From positions 1 to 34,702 of the forward strand of contig JALGVI010000026.1 in assembly GCA_029838215.1 (NCBI GenBank): 34,702 nucleotides of DNA. Reading direction: 5' to 3'. Shown piece after piece: positions 1 through 9,458 of the stretch. The DNA is from Candidatus Helarchaeota archaeon (GTDB lineage Archaea; Asgardarchaeota; Lokiarchaeia; Helarchaeales; RDOG01). Positions within the stretch are counted from its first letter, which is position 1, and each line of letters opens with the position of its first letter. The translations under genes and the position numbers were made by a program. The notes under the pieces were generated by a model, which was not told the origin of the DNA, searched no databases, and was given only the letters and a program-made list of their open reading frames with translations.

Positions 1-279
1 ATCTGTCTCATGTCAGGACCTTATTTTTGATGAATCTTCTGAATTATATTAAGGTGTTTAGCTTTATAAATGTTGATCCAAAAATTTTACATAAAAAATG
101 GAAATGTCTAAAATTTGGACTTCAACTGTCGCAATTTTCGGCAAAAATCAAAATGCGCATTTTTTCCTCGCGGCAATACTTTCACGCACCTCTCTCCGTC
201 ACTCATCCGCTCAATAATAAGAATCGTCCCAAAAATTCTTTTTAAACTCATCGGCGGTGATCATCATGACGTGATATAA

Positions 280-426
280 ATGGCAAGCATAAAAATGGAA
301 AAATCTGATACGTATCAGTTCAAAAACGAAATGCTTCTCAAACGATTAAAAGCACGTTTTCACGGATCCTTGGGTGAAGTCTCTTTTTGGGATTTATATC
401 GTGCCGCGAAGCAATTTAGCTCTTAA
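280..426 (+). CDS. Small hypothetical protein, 48 aa (MASIKMEKSDTYQFKNEMLLKRLKARFHGSLGEVSFWDLYRAAKQFSS), below the ORF-track cutoff
   Basis: ATG at 280 preceded by SD-like GACGTGAT; open frame to TAA 424-426; followed directly by a T7 tract (427-433); fills otherwise empty space convergent with the next gene. Confidence 0.45.
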   Translation: MASIKMEKSDTYQFKNEMLLKRLKARFHGSLGEVSFWDLYRAAKQFSS

Positions 427-467
427 TTTTTTTAGGAGAAAATCATCGAAAAAAAGAAAAAATGAGT

Positions 468-1832
468 TTAAGATTTTTTTCGGAGAGTTCTTCTGGGAAA
501 ACAAAGAAGTACAACCATACCAAGTCCTAATAGAATAAAGAGAATTTCGAATCCGGGGATGGCAGGAGGTAAGGTTGTAGATTCAGGGGGATAATCGATG
601 ACATCGTTTGGAGTGATAATATTATTTGTTCCTGAGTCCAAGATTCCGTTCATTGTATTGTAATGAATGGTGTTGTACGTCACGTTATTATCGTGAGATC
701 CTCCGACCAACTGAATGCCATATTTTCCATTATATGAAATAGTATTGTAATGGAATTCGTCATGATGGCTTCGAGTGTTTACCACGATTCCTTCCATGCC
801 GTTATTGGTAATGGTATTGTTGTAAAAGTCAGAATAATTTGCATCTATGCAAATTCCTTGCAGACCGTTATCCGTTAACGTGTTGAGGGTGATGTTATGA
901 CTAATGCCGCATAGATCGAGACCGATATACCGGTTATGAGTTATATTATTGTTGAAAAGCGTCAGATTATCAGAATCATCTGCAATCACCACCCCGCCCC
1001 ACTTATTCCATAGGATATTGTTGTTGACAATCGTGCTATTAGGAGCTTCTATTAAAGTCATGCCCGTATCTTCATTGTCAGTAATCTCATTTCCATCAAT
1101 TCTGGAGAGATTACTTCTTTGAACGGAGATACCATATCCACCATTATCTGTAATGGTATTATCATTCATGTTGATTTGAACTGAATCCAAGACGAGAACC
1201 CCGAAAGGGCTTCCCGTATCAGGACCATCCGTAATCGTGTTATTCGAAAGAGTGATTGTTTCAGAATTAAGCATTACGACGATTCCATGATATGAGATTT
1301 CGGTAATGGTGTTTTGGATGATGAAACAATCCCTGGAATTAGACACGTTGATGCCGCTCAAACCTTGATAAATGTTGTTTATCGTGATGTTCACGTTAGT
1401 GCAGTTGTAAAGAACGATGTTCGAGCCGTGAGAAAAATTATTGAATTGAATTATTCCGTTGCTGACGTTCTCGAGATAGATATTTGGGCCGCCCGTGTTA
1501 TAACAGGAACAATTCTGTATTGCAAAATACTTGTCCGTGTTATTTATTAGAAAACACGGTTCGTAAGTGAGCAATTCTGTTGTATTAATGTTTTTCAATT
1601 GAAAGATGTAGGGATCTCCTTTATTTCCAGTCCCTCCGGAGGAATTCAATTGCAACCAAGTATTATTTTGCATATTGTAAGGCTCATCGCTCGCAAGTAT
1701 TGAAATCGGAGTAAAATCAGGACCATTGACATTCATTGATGGTAATACAAAAAAAATACCAGAAATCGGTATTAGAAACAATAGAAAAAACGATAAAAAT
1801 ATACCCATTTTCATGTAAAAACGCAAGTTCAA
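468..1832 (-). CDS. Secreted/surface parallel beta-helix (PbH1/NosD-like) protein with C-terminal IPGF + TM + basic tail sorting signal (PGF-CTERM/Loki-CTERM-like)
   Basis: N-terminal hydrophobic signal; GGTGNKGDPYI motif; many N-x-I-x-x-N-x-I repeats; Thr/Pro linker; ends PAIPGFEILFILLGLGMVVLLCFPRRTLRKKS. Confidence 0.85.
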   Translation of the reverse strand: MNLRFYMKMGIFLSFFLLFLIPISGIFFVLPSMNVNGPDFTPISILASDEPYNMQNNTWLQLNSSGGTGNKGDPYIFQLKNINTTELLTYEPCFLINNTDKYFAIQNCSCYNTGGPNIYLENVSNGIIQFNNFSHGSNIVLYNCTNVNITINNIYQGLSGINVSNSRDCFIIQNTITEISYHGIVVMLNSETITLSNNTITDGPDTGSPFGVLVLDSVQINMNDNTITDNGGYGISVQRSNLSRIDGNEITDNEDTGMTLIEAPNSTIVNNNILWNKWGGVVIADDSDNLTLFNNNITHNRYIGLDLCGISHNITLNTLTDNGLQGICIDANYSDFYNNTITNNGMEGIVVNTRSHHDEFHYNTISYNGKYGIQLVGGSHDNNVTYNTIHYNTMNGILDSGTNNIITPNDVIDYPPESTTLPPAIPGFEILFILLGLGMVVLLCFPRRTLRKKS

Positions 1833-1973
1833 TCGCCTCTCTTGAATGAAAAAATTATTTTGAGAACATGCTCATGATTATTGCCTAAAAATATTACTTA
1901 GTTGCTTGATTTAAATAATTTTATAATTAATTCACAAGTATCGCATGACCTACAAATCATTTTAAAATACACA

Positions 1974-1987
1974 AAAGTGTACACTTT
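1974..1987. promoter_or_regulatory. Perfect 14-bp palindrome AAAGTGTACACTTT overlapping a TATA-like TTTATAGA (1985-1992); candidate operator
   Basis: Exact inverted repeat in the divergent intergenic region, about 40 nt upstream of the ATG at 2028 (SD GAGGTG at 2015-2020). Confidence 0.4.
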
Positions 1988-2027
1988 ATAGAAATCATTA
2001 AACAATTCAATTAAGAGGTGTTGTAGA

Positions 2028-3176
2028 ATGCCGCAACATACCGTGGGCGAAATGCCGGATGATTTATACATCAAGCCATTTTTACCAATCCTCTCATTCT
2101 TATGGCGAGTTTATAAAGAATACGGATGGGAAGGAGTGAATAATTATGAAGCCATGGGAGATGAAGGAATTTTTGATTTTTGGCAGAATAGGCTTAATGA
2201 GGGCATCTATACTGCTAAAGACGTGATTGAAGGCAAGATAGAGAAACCCGAGCGGGTTCTTTCCTATATTATCATGATTCCATCTTTATCGATTCGGAGT
2301 GATTTATGCATAGGAACGCAGAAATTATTTGGTGGTGAAAGCGTAGACGTTACTTACGCCACAATAAAGGATGATACTTCGGAACTCTTGCTTCTATTGA
2401 ACTGTCATATTGAGGATGGCATTCCCGTGGATTGGTACATGATCAGAGAAACCGATGAGATTTTAGACAGGCGCCACATGAAGTATGGCTATAAATTACG
2501 AGAAATTCCTCGCCGCGTTAAAGGCATGAAAAAATCCGCAGCGATCTTGGAGGATGTTTTAAGGGATATCCGTAATGAAAGGACGCCACAATGGGCAGGC
2601 TCTGACTACTTCGTCGGAACCGTGCTTTCAAGTTGGGCAATAAATCTCATGTGCATACCTTCAAATTATGAGTGTATTGGCGAAACTTATGACGGATGGG
2701 CCAGTAAGGAGAAATATGGTTTACCGGATTATACGTTTTCGCTTCATCCGTTTCCATCAGCGTTTAACATGTTTTTTTATCAAGACCGTGAGACTTTTAT
2801 CAGAAAAATCGCATCGTTAACGACAACAATGGACATGTATGTTCAACCTTTTGAACCGAAGAATTTGGAGATAATCAGGACCAGAGTTCCGCACGTGTTC
2901 ACCACGTATAAAGACCAGATTGAAAACGAAGGCATTCCATTCCCCATTCAATCATTGGGCTGTACCTATCCAAATCTAAAAAGCAAGGACCCAAACATTC
3001 AGTTTGACAAAAAATATCCCAAAGGAGATCGGATAAAACCGTCGGACTTGGATCTTTCATTCGAAGAGTTCTTGGAAGGAGTTTATCTGGACGTAAATCA
3101 CGAAACAAAACCGAAAACTATCGATAAGTCCAAGATTCTATCAATGGGAATCGGACGAAATACTCGATTTCTTTAA
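2028..3176 (+). CDS. Hypothetical soluble protein, 382 aa, family not recognised
   Basis: Long ORF with strong SD (AAGAGGTG), protein-like composition and a downstream T-tract; no motif I can assign. Confidence 0.85.
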   Translation: MPQHTVGEMPDDLYIKPFLPILSFLWRVYKEYGWEGVNNYEAMGDEGIFDFWQNRLNEGIYTAKDVIEGKIEKPERVLSYIIMIPSLSIRSDLCIGTQKLFGGESVDVTYATIKDDTSELLLLLNCHIEDGIPVDWYMIRETDEILDRRHMKYGYKLREIPRRVKGMKKSAAILEDVLRDIRNERTPQWAGSDYFVGTVLSSWAINLMCIPSNYECIGETYDGWASKEKYGLPDYTFSLHPFPSAFNMFFYQDRETFIRKIASLTTTMDMYVQPFEPKNLEIIRTRVPHVFTTYKDQIENEGIPFPIQSLGCTYPNLKSKDPNIQFDKKYPKGDRIKPSDLDLSFEEFLEGVYLDVNHETKPKTIDKSKILSMGIGRNTRFL

Positions 3177-3231
3177 TCGTCAATTTTTTTTCCTTTTTTT
3201 TGTAAATTTTACGTCTCTACAAGTCGGAAAT

Positions 3232-4251
3232 TTAGGATTTATAAATTATATAATTGAAAATGATCATGCTTGAAAATATGCCTACTGCATAAGAGATCTT
3301 GAATGTTGGCATTAAAAACGGCGTTGTTACAAAGAGAAATAAGATGGTTCCGATGATAAGTAATCCCGCCATCACGCATAAAAGCAGGATTCTTTCTCCC
3401 ATGATATATGGTTTTTCTTTTATTGAAAAAATTCGAAACCACAAGATGAAAGCAATTCCTAACAATGGAAGAAATAGGGGAAGTGTAAAAGAGAGGGGAA
3501 GCAGAAGGAATCCACTAATTTTGTCTCTGAAATCTTCAATTTCAGCACGTAATCGTTCATATTCTGCAGCATTAACAATGCCATAATCCTTTTTAATCCG
3601 AGATTTGTAACCCTTCCATAAGGTGTATTTGTAACTTCCAAACTTGGCCTTTATTTTATCCATTTTCGAGTATTTTTCAAATGGACGATATTCATCTTGT
3701 ATCAAGGGAATGATAAAAACGAATAAAATCAAGGAGAACATCCCAAAAATGAGCGAAATAAACCTATCAAGCAAATCTATGGGTAGAAATGAGAGCCCCG
3801 TAATGATATTGTAAATTCCATATATGATCAACAAAAATCCCAAGATCATGAAGACGACCTTGAGCCGGGTTGCGAGCTTCTTGCGTTTCTTCATTTGTTT
3901 CGAAAAAATTCTGAAAAAGATAATGGTAACAGTAGCAAAAGTTATGCTAATGCCCAAACCGCTCAGGAATTTCATTGTAGCTCCAGAAATTAACGTCAAT
4001 ACGAGAAAAGCCGGCAAGATTAAGAAAATATTGAAATTCCAACCAAAAATGGGCATTATGATAAAAAACAGGGCGGTACCTACGGCAGCACTTATTCCGT
4101 AGCTTAAGTAGAGATGTTCGGAAACAGTTCGGCTGGCATTTTCGAAGTGCTCTAATATCTTTGAAGGAATTTGCTTAATAGATGAGAAAAATCCGTTGCT
4201 ACTCATTCGAACCCTTACCGATTTTTTGTTTATTAGTAAGTCTAAATTCAT
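3232..4251 (-). CDS. Multi-pass membrane protein of unknown function (alternative start ATG at 4206)
   Basis: About 8 hydrophobic segments with a charged cytoplasmic loop; start abuts the stop of the upstream gene (4252/4251). Confidence 0.8.
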   Translation of the reverse strand: MNLDLLINKKSVRVRMSSNGFFSSIKQIPSKILEHFENASRTVSEHLYLSYGISAAVGTALFFIIMPIFGWNFNIFLILPAFLVLTLISGATMKFLSGLGISITFATVTIIFFRIFSKQMKKRKKLATRLKVVFMILGFLLIIYGIYNIITGLSFLPIDLLDRFISLIFGMFSLILFVFIIPLIQDEYRPFEKYSKMDKIKAKFGSYKYTLWKGYKSRIKKDYGIVNAAEYERLRAEIEDFRDKISGFLLLPLSFTLPLFLPLLGIAFILWFRIFSIKEKPYIMGERILLLCVMAGLLIIGTILFLFVTTPFLMPTFKISYAVGIFSSMIIFNYIIYKS

Positions 4252-5457
4252 TTAATTCTTTTTATAACGATCTATCAATTTTCTCATGTAATCTTGATCC
4301 ATGCAAAAAATTGTCACGATAAATGCCACCAAGATGATGAGGTTTCCAAAGGCGAGACCGCCAAAACTGCCAACAAAGTAAAGAATTAACGCGGAAATAG
4401 AAAGAGTTGTCCCCCCAAACACCACGTTTAAAAGATCTTGCTTTTTTGGTTTGAAACGTTTGGGAATGTTTAAGTAAAGCGTGATCAGGAATGCTAGGAA
4501 GAATAAAAGCAGGAATAGTAGAGGCCATGCAAGAAAACCGATTAATGGACCGAATTCTTCTCCGTTAAGAATATTAATATAATAATCTTCGTAACTGGAG
4601 CCATCGAGAAAGATTGTCAACGCGGAAATGAAGATACCTTGAGGAAAATAAATATGCCCATGCCTGTTAAACATATAATAAGGATTGCCTGCGCTGGTCC
4701 ACCAGTTAAGGCGAGCGACTTCCGTGCCCAATATTGGTACCGTTCCTGTTTCATTAAATACTATCGTCCACGAATGGGAATCTGATTCAGCAATAAACGG
4801 ACTAATATTCCAATCATAGTTGATATTCAATCGTTCGAGTAAAGAACAGGTTACCACGGCGATTCCATCGCAGTCATCCATATTAATGCTCAGTACTTCG
4901 TCAACAGATGGAAGATGATCCCAAGTGAATCGTGGATATCCAAAATCGTATGCGTACGTAATTAAGCCATCTAGGCTTCGATTTCTCGTGTCCCCGAGCC
5001 GTTTATTTGAAACATTGTACAAAAATTCCTGAATAAAAGTAAGCTGGGACTCGAGGGTCGGGAGTTTTGGATGAGATATGAAAGTGCTAAAATTATCAAT
5101 GCCCAACATATCCGATCTATTTGTAAATTCCCAAAATTGCGTTTCTAATGTCGCGCATTTATCCGGTTCGATCACATTGATTCCTGGAATGGACGTGATT
5201 CGACCCATCCTACGTATAAATTGATTTCCCCAATCGAAAGGAATCGGAAACATGATGAGGAATAGCATGAAAAAAAGGATAGCGAATTGAGTAAAGCGGA
5301 TCTTGAAATTCTGCTTGCGAAAAGTTGCAATTGCCATTCCGATGAAAAATACAAGAAGGTATATCGTTAGAATCATGTACGTGATGATCGTGATAAATAG
5401 AAAGAATGCGAAGAGTGGGAGTCCCACGCCAAGAAAGATTTTGACTTGTTTTCGAAT
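4252..5457 (-). CDS. Membrane protein with an extracytoplasmic transglutaminase-like (papain-fold) cysteine protease/acyltransferase domain; start probably ATT at 5457 (ORF track GTG at 5427)
   Basis: DDCDGIAVVTCSLL (Cys nucleophile helix) and SHSW (HxW) motifs between N- and C-terminal TM segments; in-frame RKQVK precedes the first TM; GGGGGT SD-like sequence upstream of ATT. Confidence 0.7.
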   Translation of the reverse strand: MRKQVKIFLGVGLPLFAFFLFITIITYMILTIYLLVFFIGMAIATFRKQNFKIRFTQFAILFFMLFLIMFPIPFDWGNQFIRRMGRITSIPGINVIEPDKCATLETQFWEFTNRSDMLGIDNFSTFISHPKLPTLESQLTFIQEFLYNVSNKRLGDTRNRSLDGLITYAYDFGYPRFTWDHLPSVDEVLSINMDDCDGIAVVTCSLLERLNINYDWNISPFIAESDSHSWTIVFNETGTVPILGTEVARLNWWTSAGNPYYMFNRHGHIYFPQGIFISALTIFLDGSSYEDYYINILNGEEFGPLIGFLAWPLLFLLLFFLAFLITLYLNIPKRFKPKKQDLLNVVFGGTTLSISALILYFVGSFGGLAFGNLIILVAFIVTIFCMDQDYMRKLIDRYKKN

Positions 5458-5484
5458 AATAAACCCCCCAATTAGAACTTAAAG

Positions 5485-5787
5485 TCATTTCGTTTCTTTT
5501 TTTTGGAATTTTTTTAATTCGTGTTCAAAAGCGTAGAGAGCTTTATCCATTGCTTCATTAATCAGGTCTTGAATTTCTTGTTCAGACATTTCGGGAATCG
5601 TCAATTCAATTTCAAAATCGAGCGAGAGTACTTCATCCATGTTGAGTTCTATTGAGATGTCCAAGTCGGTTATCTTCGATTTATGAACGCGTTCAAAGAC
5701 AGTTTTTCGAGCATTTCGTTCCAAAATGATTAGAAGTCTGTCCAATTCTTCTTCAGGGATCGGTTTGAGCCCAAGGTCTATGATCAT
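5485..5787 (-). CDS. DUF3194 family protein
   Basis: IDLGLKPIPEEELDRL...DLDISIEL pattern and its usual position directly after prefoldin beta. Confidence 0.75.
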   Translation of the reverse strand: MIIDLGLKPIPEEELDRLLIILERNARKTVFERVHKSKITDLDISIELNMDEVLSLDFEIELTIPEMSEQEIQDLINEAMDKALYAFEHELKKFQKKETK

Positions 5788-5839
5788 GAGATTTCAGCAT
5801 AAAAAATCAATTCTAAGAGATATAAATAAAAAAGAGATG

Positions 5840-6217
5840 TTACATGGGCTGGAAGCTTCCGGCGCCACCTGAGCCTTGACTTTGAAGTATCTTTTGAATT
5901 TTTTCACGCATCTCATCAAGTTGGGATTTTGCCCGTTCTTCCTGCTTTTCCAGTGTTTTTAAACGCATCTCATAAGTTTCTTTCTTATCCTTGAGTTCAA
6001 CAATGAGCTCATCCTTTTTTACTTGAACCATTATTGCTCCAATACTTTTGTATACAGCCATATCATCGGCAGTTTTTTCGAGTTTTTCAAGAGCCATATC
6101 CACGTCTCGAGCAGTCAGTTCAAGTTGTTGACGTTGCTGAACTAGGAGCTCATATCGTTGCTGAATTTGCTGAAATTGCTGAATTTGGTGTTGAACGTTT
6201 GGTGGTAATCCTTCCAT
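5840..6217 (-). CDS. pfdB: Prefoldin beta subunit (start ATG 6217; ORF track extends to 6253)
   Basis: LPPNVQHQIQQFQQIQQ...AVYKSIGAIMV...coiled coils. Confidence 0.95.
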   Translation of the reverse strand: MEGLPPNVQHQIQQFQQIQQRYELLVQQRQQLELTARDVDMALEKLEKTADDMAVYKSIGAIMVQVKKDELIVELKDKKETYEMRLKTLEKQEERAKSQLDEMREKIQKILQSQGSGGAGSFQPM

Positions 6218-6298
6218 ACTAAATTCACTTTCCTTTTCAAGAAATTGTTTCAATCAGATAAACCATTTGGACGATATAAATTTTGTCAGCCTGTAAAA

Positions 6299-6574
6299 TC
6301 ATTCGATATTTTTCTTCACGAATGAATGAGTGTCTTCAATAATTTTTAGCCATCGAAAATATGAATTAACGACGGCACGAAATGAAGTTAAATCAGACGT
6401 GGAGATATCAAGCATGAGCGTGTTTTCATCTTTTTCGATAATTTTTAGTCTTATCCGGTCTTCTCGAGTAAATTCCGTTTCTGGTTTTAGTGCAAGATAT
6501 GCCACGTTTTTCTCGTGTGGGGATTCGAAAAATAAATTTATTGTTGCTTGGATTCTTTCTTGCAAATCATCCAC
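6299..6574 (-). CDS. pcc1: KEOPS complex subunit Pcc1
   Basis: ALKPE...LDISTSDLTSFRAVVNSYFRWLK motif; position before pfdB. Confidence 0.85.
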   Translation of the reverse strand: MDDLQERIQATINLFFESPHEKNVAYLALKPETEFTREDRIRLKIIEKDENTLMLDISTSDLTSFRAVVNSYFRWLKIIEDTHSFVKKNIE

Positions 6575-6626
6575 TCTAGCAGCAGAAATGAGTAATGCGT
6601 GGAGTGCTTACCGTTGATCTCGAGTT

Positions 6627-6896
6627 TTACATGAGATCCTTAAGACGTTTTACGTTGCGGGTTGCTTTTTTACCTTCCATCGTTACGGGAATGTATGCTC
6701 CTCCCGCAAATTTATATGAACATTTCTTGCATTGCCAGACACCTACTGAAACTCGGCGAACAGATGGGGTTTGGCATTGAGGACATCGGTGAGGTTGCTT
6801 CATTTTTTCTTCTATTTTTGCAACACGCTTTCGGACTGTTGAACCGTATCGAGGTCCGAATCGACCGGTGCTACCGACTTTTTTTGTTCTGGGCAT
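6627..6896 (-). CDS. rpl37ae: 50S ribosomal protein L37ae (eL43)
   Basis: [18 protein letters not shown]...CKKC zinc ribbon, FAGGAY. Confidence 0.98.
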   Translation of the reverse strand: MPRTKKVGSTGRFGPRYGSTVRKRVAKIEEKMKQPHRCPQCQTPSVRRVSVGVWQCKKCSYKFAGGAYIPVTMEGKKATRNVKRLKDLM

Positions 6897-7032
6897 GTCA
6901 AATCACGCATTTTATAGATTATTGATGGATAGATATATTTCTTCTTTTAATTGAAAATTCATTCTTGATTCTGTTTTTAATACTTGCTATAGAGATGAGA
7001 AATTAAAAAAAATAGAGAATTTGGGTGAAGTT

Positions 7033-7872
7033 TTATTCAGCTTTAGGTAGCGGAGGGAGTTTTGCTCGGATTGCTTCGACTTTCTTTAACATGTCATCGA
7101 GCATGTAAAGGCATTCTTCAATTGTTAGGGATCCGTCCGCCCCCTTCTGAAGACTACATATGTTGTTGTTTCCATCTAACGTAATTGTAAATCGAGCATC
7201 CAATACTCGTTCTTCGTTTTCGTTTGGGTCAAGCAAGATCTTTTTATTAATCTTGGCATAGGTGAACGAGACAGGGATGTTTGTTAATGGCAACGGAATC
7301 CAATCAGATCTATCCTTGTAGCTTCCTGAGAATTTAACATCACCATCTTTGGTAATTTCCTTAATACGCGGGATTTTTGTTGTTAATAATGCAGCCACAG
7401 CAGCCAATTCACCAGCATCAAACATATTGCCATCATATTGTATCACATATAAATCGATGAAAATGATGAATACTTTTTCGCCGGGTGTGATACAAAGTTT
7501 TTTCTTGTCGATAATTTCGGAGTGACGTAATCCACGATCAACGACACGAGCTACTTCGATTGACTGTTCACCAGGTGGTCCGGGTTCAAATGTTTGGGAT
7601 GCCATTGGAATGAGTTCAGCATTAACAGTGCAAACACCTTCATTGGGCGTGTCGGGATATGGCGCACCCACGGAAACTTTAACACCTGCTAGAATTTCCG
7701 TCTTTCCAAGCCAAACGTGTGCAGAGCCTTCTGCTTTGACGATACAATCTGTTTTAATTTTAATTTCGCGAAATTCATCGAATTTTCGACCATCAATCCG
7801 CTGTCCTTTTGCAGCTAAGTTTTCAATAGCTGAGCGTTCGATTTCAGAGATTACTTTATACGCTTCACTCAT
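7033..7872 (-). CDS. rrp42: Exosome complex component Rrp42 (start ATG 7872, overlapping the rrp41 stop)
   Basis: RIDGRKFDEFR, AEGSAHVWLGKT, FEPGPP, ARVVDRGLR; SD GGAGGA before ATG 7872. Confidence 0.96.
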   Translation of the reverse strand: MSEAYKVISEIERSAIENLAAKGQRIDGRKFDEFREIKIKTDCIVKAEGSAHVWLGKTEILAGVKVSVGAPYPDTPNEGVCTVNAELIPMASQTFEPGPPGEQSIEVARVVDRGLRHSEIIDKKKLCITPGEKVFIIFIDLYVIQYDGNMFDAGELAAVAALLTTKIPRIKEITKDGDVKFSGSYKDRSDWIPLPLTNIPVSFTYAKINKKILLDPNENEERVLDARFTITLDGNNNICSLQKGADGSLTIEECLYMLDDMLKKVEAIRAKLPPLPKAE

Positions 7873-8662
7873 TTGACTGTTCCTCCGACTCATTTTTTCC
7901 ATTATTTTGTTCGATGTTCTCTTGTATCACGGCATATTTTTCATATAATGCCGTTTTTTGCATTTCGTAAAGTTCATTTATGCCTTTTAGACCCAGTTCA
8001 TATGCTTCTTTGAATTCATCAGGGGTTAGAGTTCCATCGAATTGAAGCAAGGTGATTTCCTTGTTTCTGGGCATCATTGCGATGGGCATGTCCCCAATTC
8101 CTTCTTTGTCTTCAACATCAGATAAGTCTAAGACAATTGTTGGTGGATCGGGTCTATCAATCTTACCAACTGCAACAGCTGCAACCAAGTCTTTCATGGC
8201 GATACCTGCATCGGCCAAAGCAAGAGAAGCTGCATTTATGCATGCACAACGGGTACCACCATCAGCACACAAAACCTGCAGGTATAATTCTATCATCGTT
8301 TTGGGATAATATTCCAAGAATATGGTAGGTTCGACAGATTGCCGAATTATCATTGATAGTTCGACTTCACGACGGCTAGGAGCAGGGCTTTTTCTTTCAT
8401 CCACTGCAAAAGTAGACATGCGATAACTGCATCGTACTATGCCGGTATTTTGTTTGGCGAGATGACGAGGATGAACTTCATTTGGTCCGAATACGGCAGC
8501 TAAAATCTTGTTCTTGCCCATGTTGATGAGGGCAGAACCATCTGCTTTAGGAAGAATACCAACTTCAAGTGAAACGGGACGTAAGTCATCAATTTTTCGC
8601 CCGTCGGTCCGAATGCCGTTTTCGATTAGTCCAGTAAGTGGAATTGTTTCAAACAGAGCCAT
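7865..8662 (-). CDS. rrp41: Exosome complex exonuclease Rrp41
   Basis: RTDGRKIDDLR, ADGSA, SRREVELS, ADGGTR, DKEGIGDMP catalytic motifs. Confidence 0.97.
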   Translation of the reverse strand: MALFETIPLTGLIENGIRTDGRKIDDLRPVSLEVGILPKADGSALINMGKNKILAAVFGPNEVHPRHLAKQNTGIVRCSYRMSTFAVDERKSPAPSRREVELSMIIRQSVEPTIFLEYYPKTMIELYLQVLCADGGTRCACINAASLALADAGIAMKDLVAAVAVGKIDRPDPPTIVLDLSDVEDKEGIGDMPIAMMPRNKEITLLQFDGTLTPDEFKEAYELGLKGINELYEMQKTALYEKYAVIQENIEQNNGKNESEEQSNE

Positions 8663-9407
8663 TATTTACACCATTCTTTTCTGATTTTTCTTTATTTTTA
8701 CGTTTTTTTTCAAGCATTCGTTCTTCTCTGATAAGATCTTTAACGCGATCTGTCAAGCCGGTCGTATGAGCTTCCTTTTCTATTTTCTCAATGACCTTAA
8801 TGATCAAGGTTTCGTCACTCGGTCGTCGAACTTGAACCCATACACGACCATTTTGACCGATTAATATTTGGCAGGGAATTGCTTCCTTGATAAGATTGAT
8901 CATTGAACCTTTTCGTCCAATTAATCGAGGGATTTTTGCAGGAAGTATCTTGAAGATTTTCCCTCCACGAAGTTTTCCATATTCTCTACGCCCGCGAAGT
9001 GATATCACGGGATCTCGAGTTCTGTTAAATGCTATGATTTCTCCAATTAGTATATCCCCAATGTTGAAATATCGGCGGATATCATCTTTTAATGGATTAA
9101 AAGCTCTATCTAACACGTTAGATGCGTGTAATGTCGCAAGATACGGAGACCCGATTTCAACTTTCCAACTCACGATTGATGTATTTATTACCTTTCCAAT
9201 AACGATGTCACCAATCTTGGGAATGTATGGTCCTGCAAAAGGAACGACATTAACGTACGTTTGTCCTCTTATATCAACCAATCCTATCATTGAGGCAATA
9301 ATCTTAGATTTTTCTTTAAATGTTCCAAATCCCGGTTTATATTTAGGATCATCTACCAGTACTTGTCCGGGAATTACTATTTGACGGTTTTCTATAAAGG
9401 TTGTCAA
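8649..9407 (-). CDS. rrp4: Exosome complex RNA-binding protein Rrp4 (S1 + KH)
   Basis: VIPGQ, YIPKIGDIVIG, PRLIGRKGSMI, IGQNGRVW; SD GGAGGT 7 nt before the TTG. Confidence 0.96.
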   Translation of the reverse strand: MTTFIENRQIVIPGQVLVDDPKYKPGFGTFKEKSKIIASMIGLVDIRGQTYVNVVPFAGPYIPKIGDIVIGKVINTSIVSWKVEIGSPYLATLHASNVLDRAFNPLKDDIRRYFNIGDILIGEIIAFNRTRDPVISLRGRREYGKLRGGKIFKILPAKIPRLIGRKGSMINLIKEAIPCQILIGQNGRVWVQVRRPSDETLIIKVIEKIEKEAHTTGLTDRVKDLIREERMLEKKRKNKEKSEKNGVNNGSV

Positions 9408-9458
9408 AAATAAAACCTCCTTAAATATTCTTTTAAAAATTTGATGGGAAAAATGGAT

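Noticed and set aside
27-245. 72-aa + strand ORF
   Set aside because: No SD or recognisable motif; low-complexity AT-rich sequence typical of intergenic DNA.
305-318. Perfect 14-bp palindrome CTGATACGTATCAG
   Set aside because: Lies inside the putative small ORF and not at a promoter position; no second copy seen.
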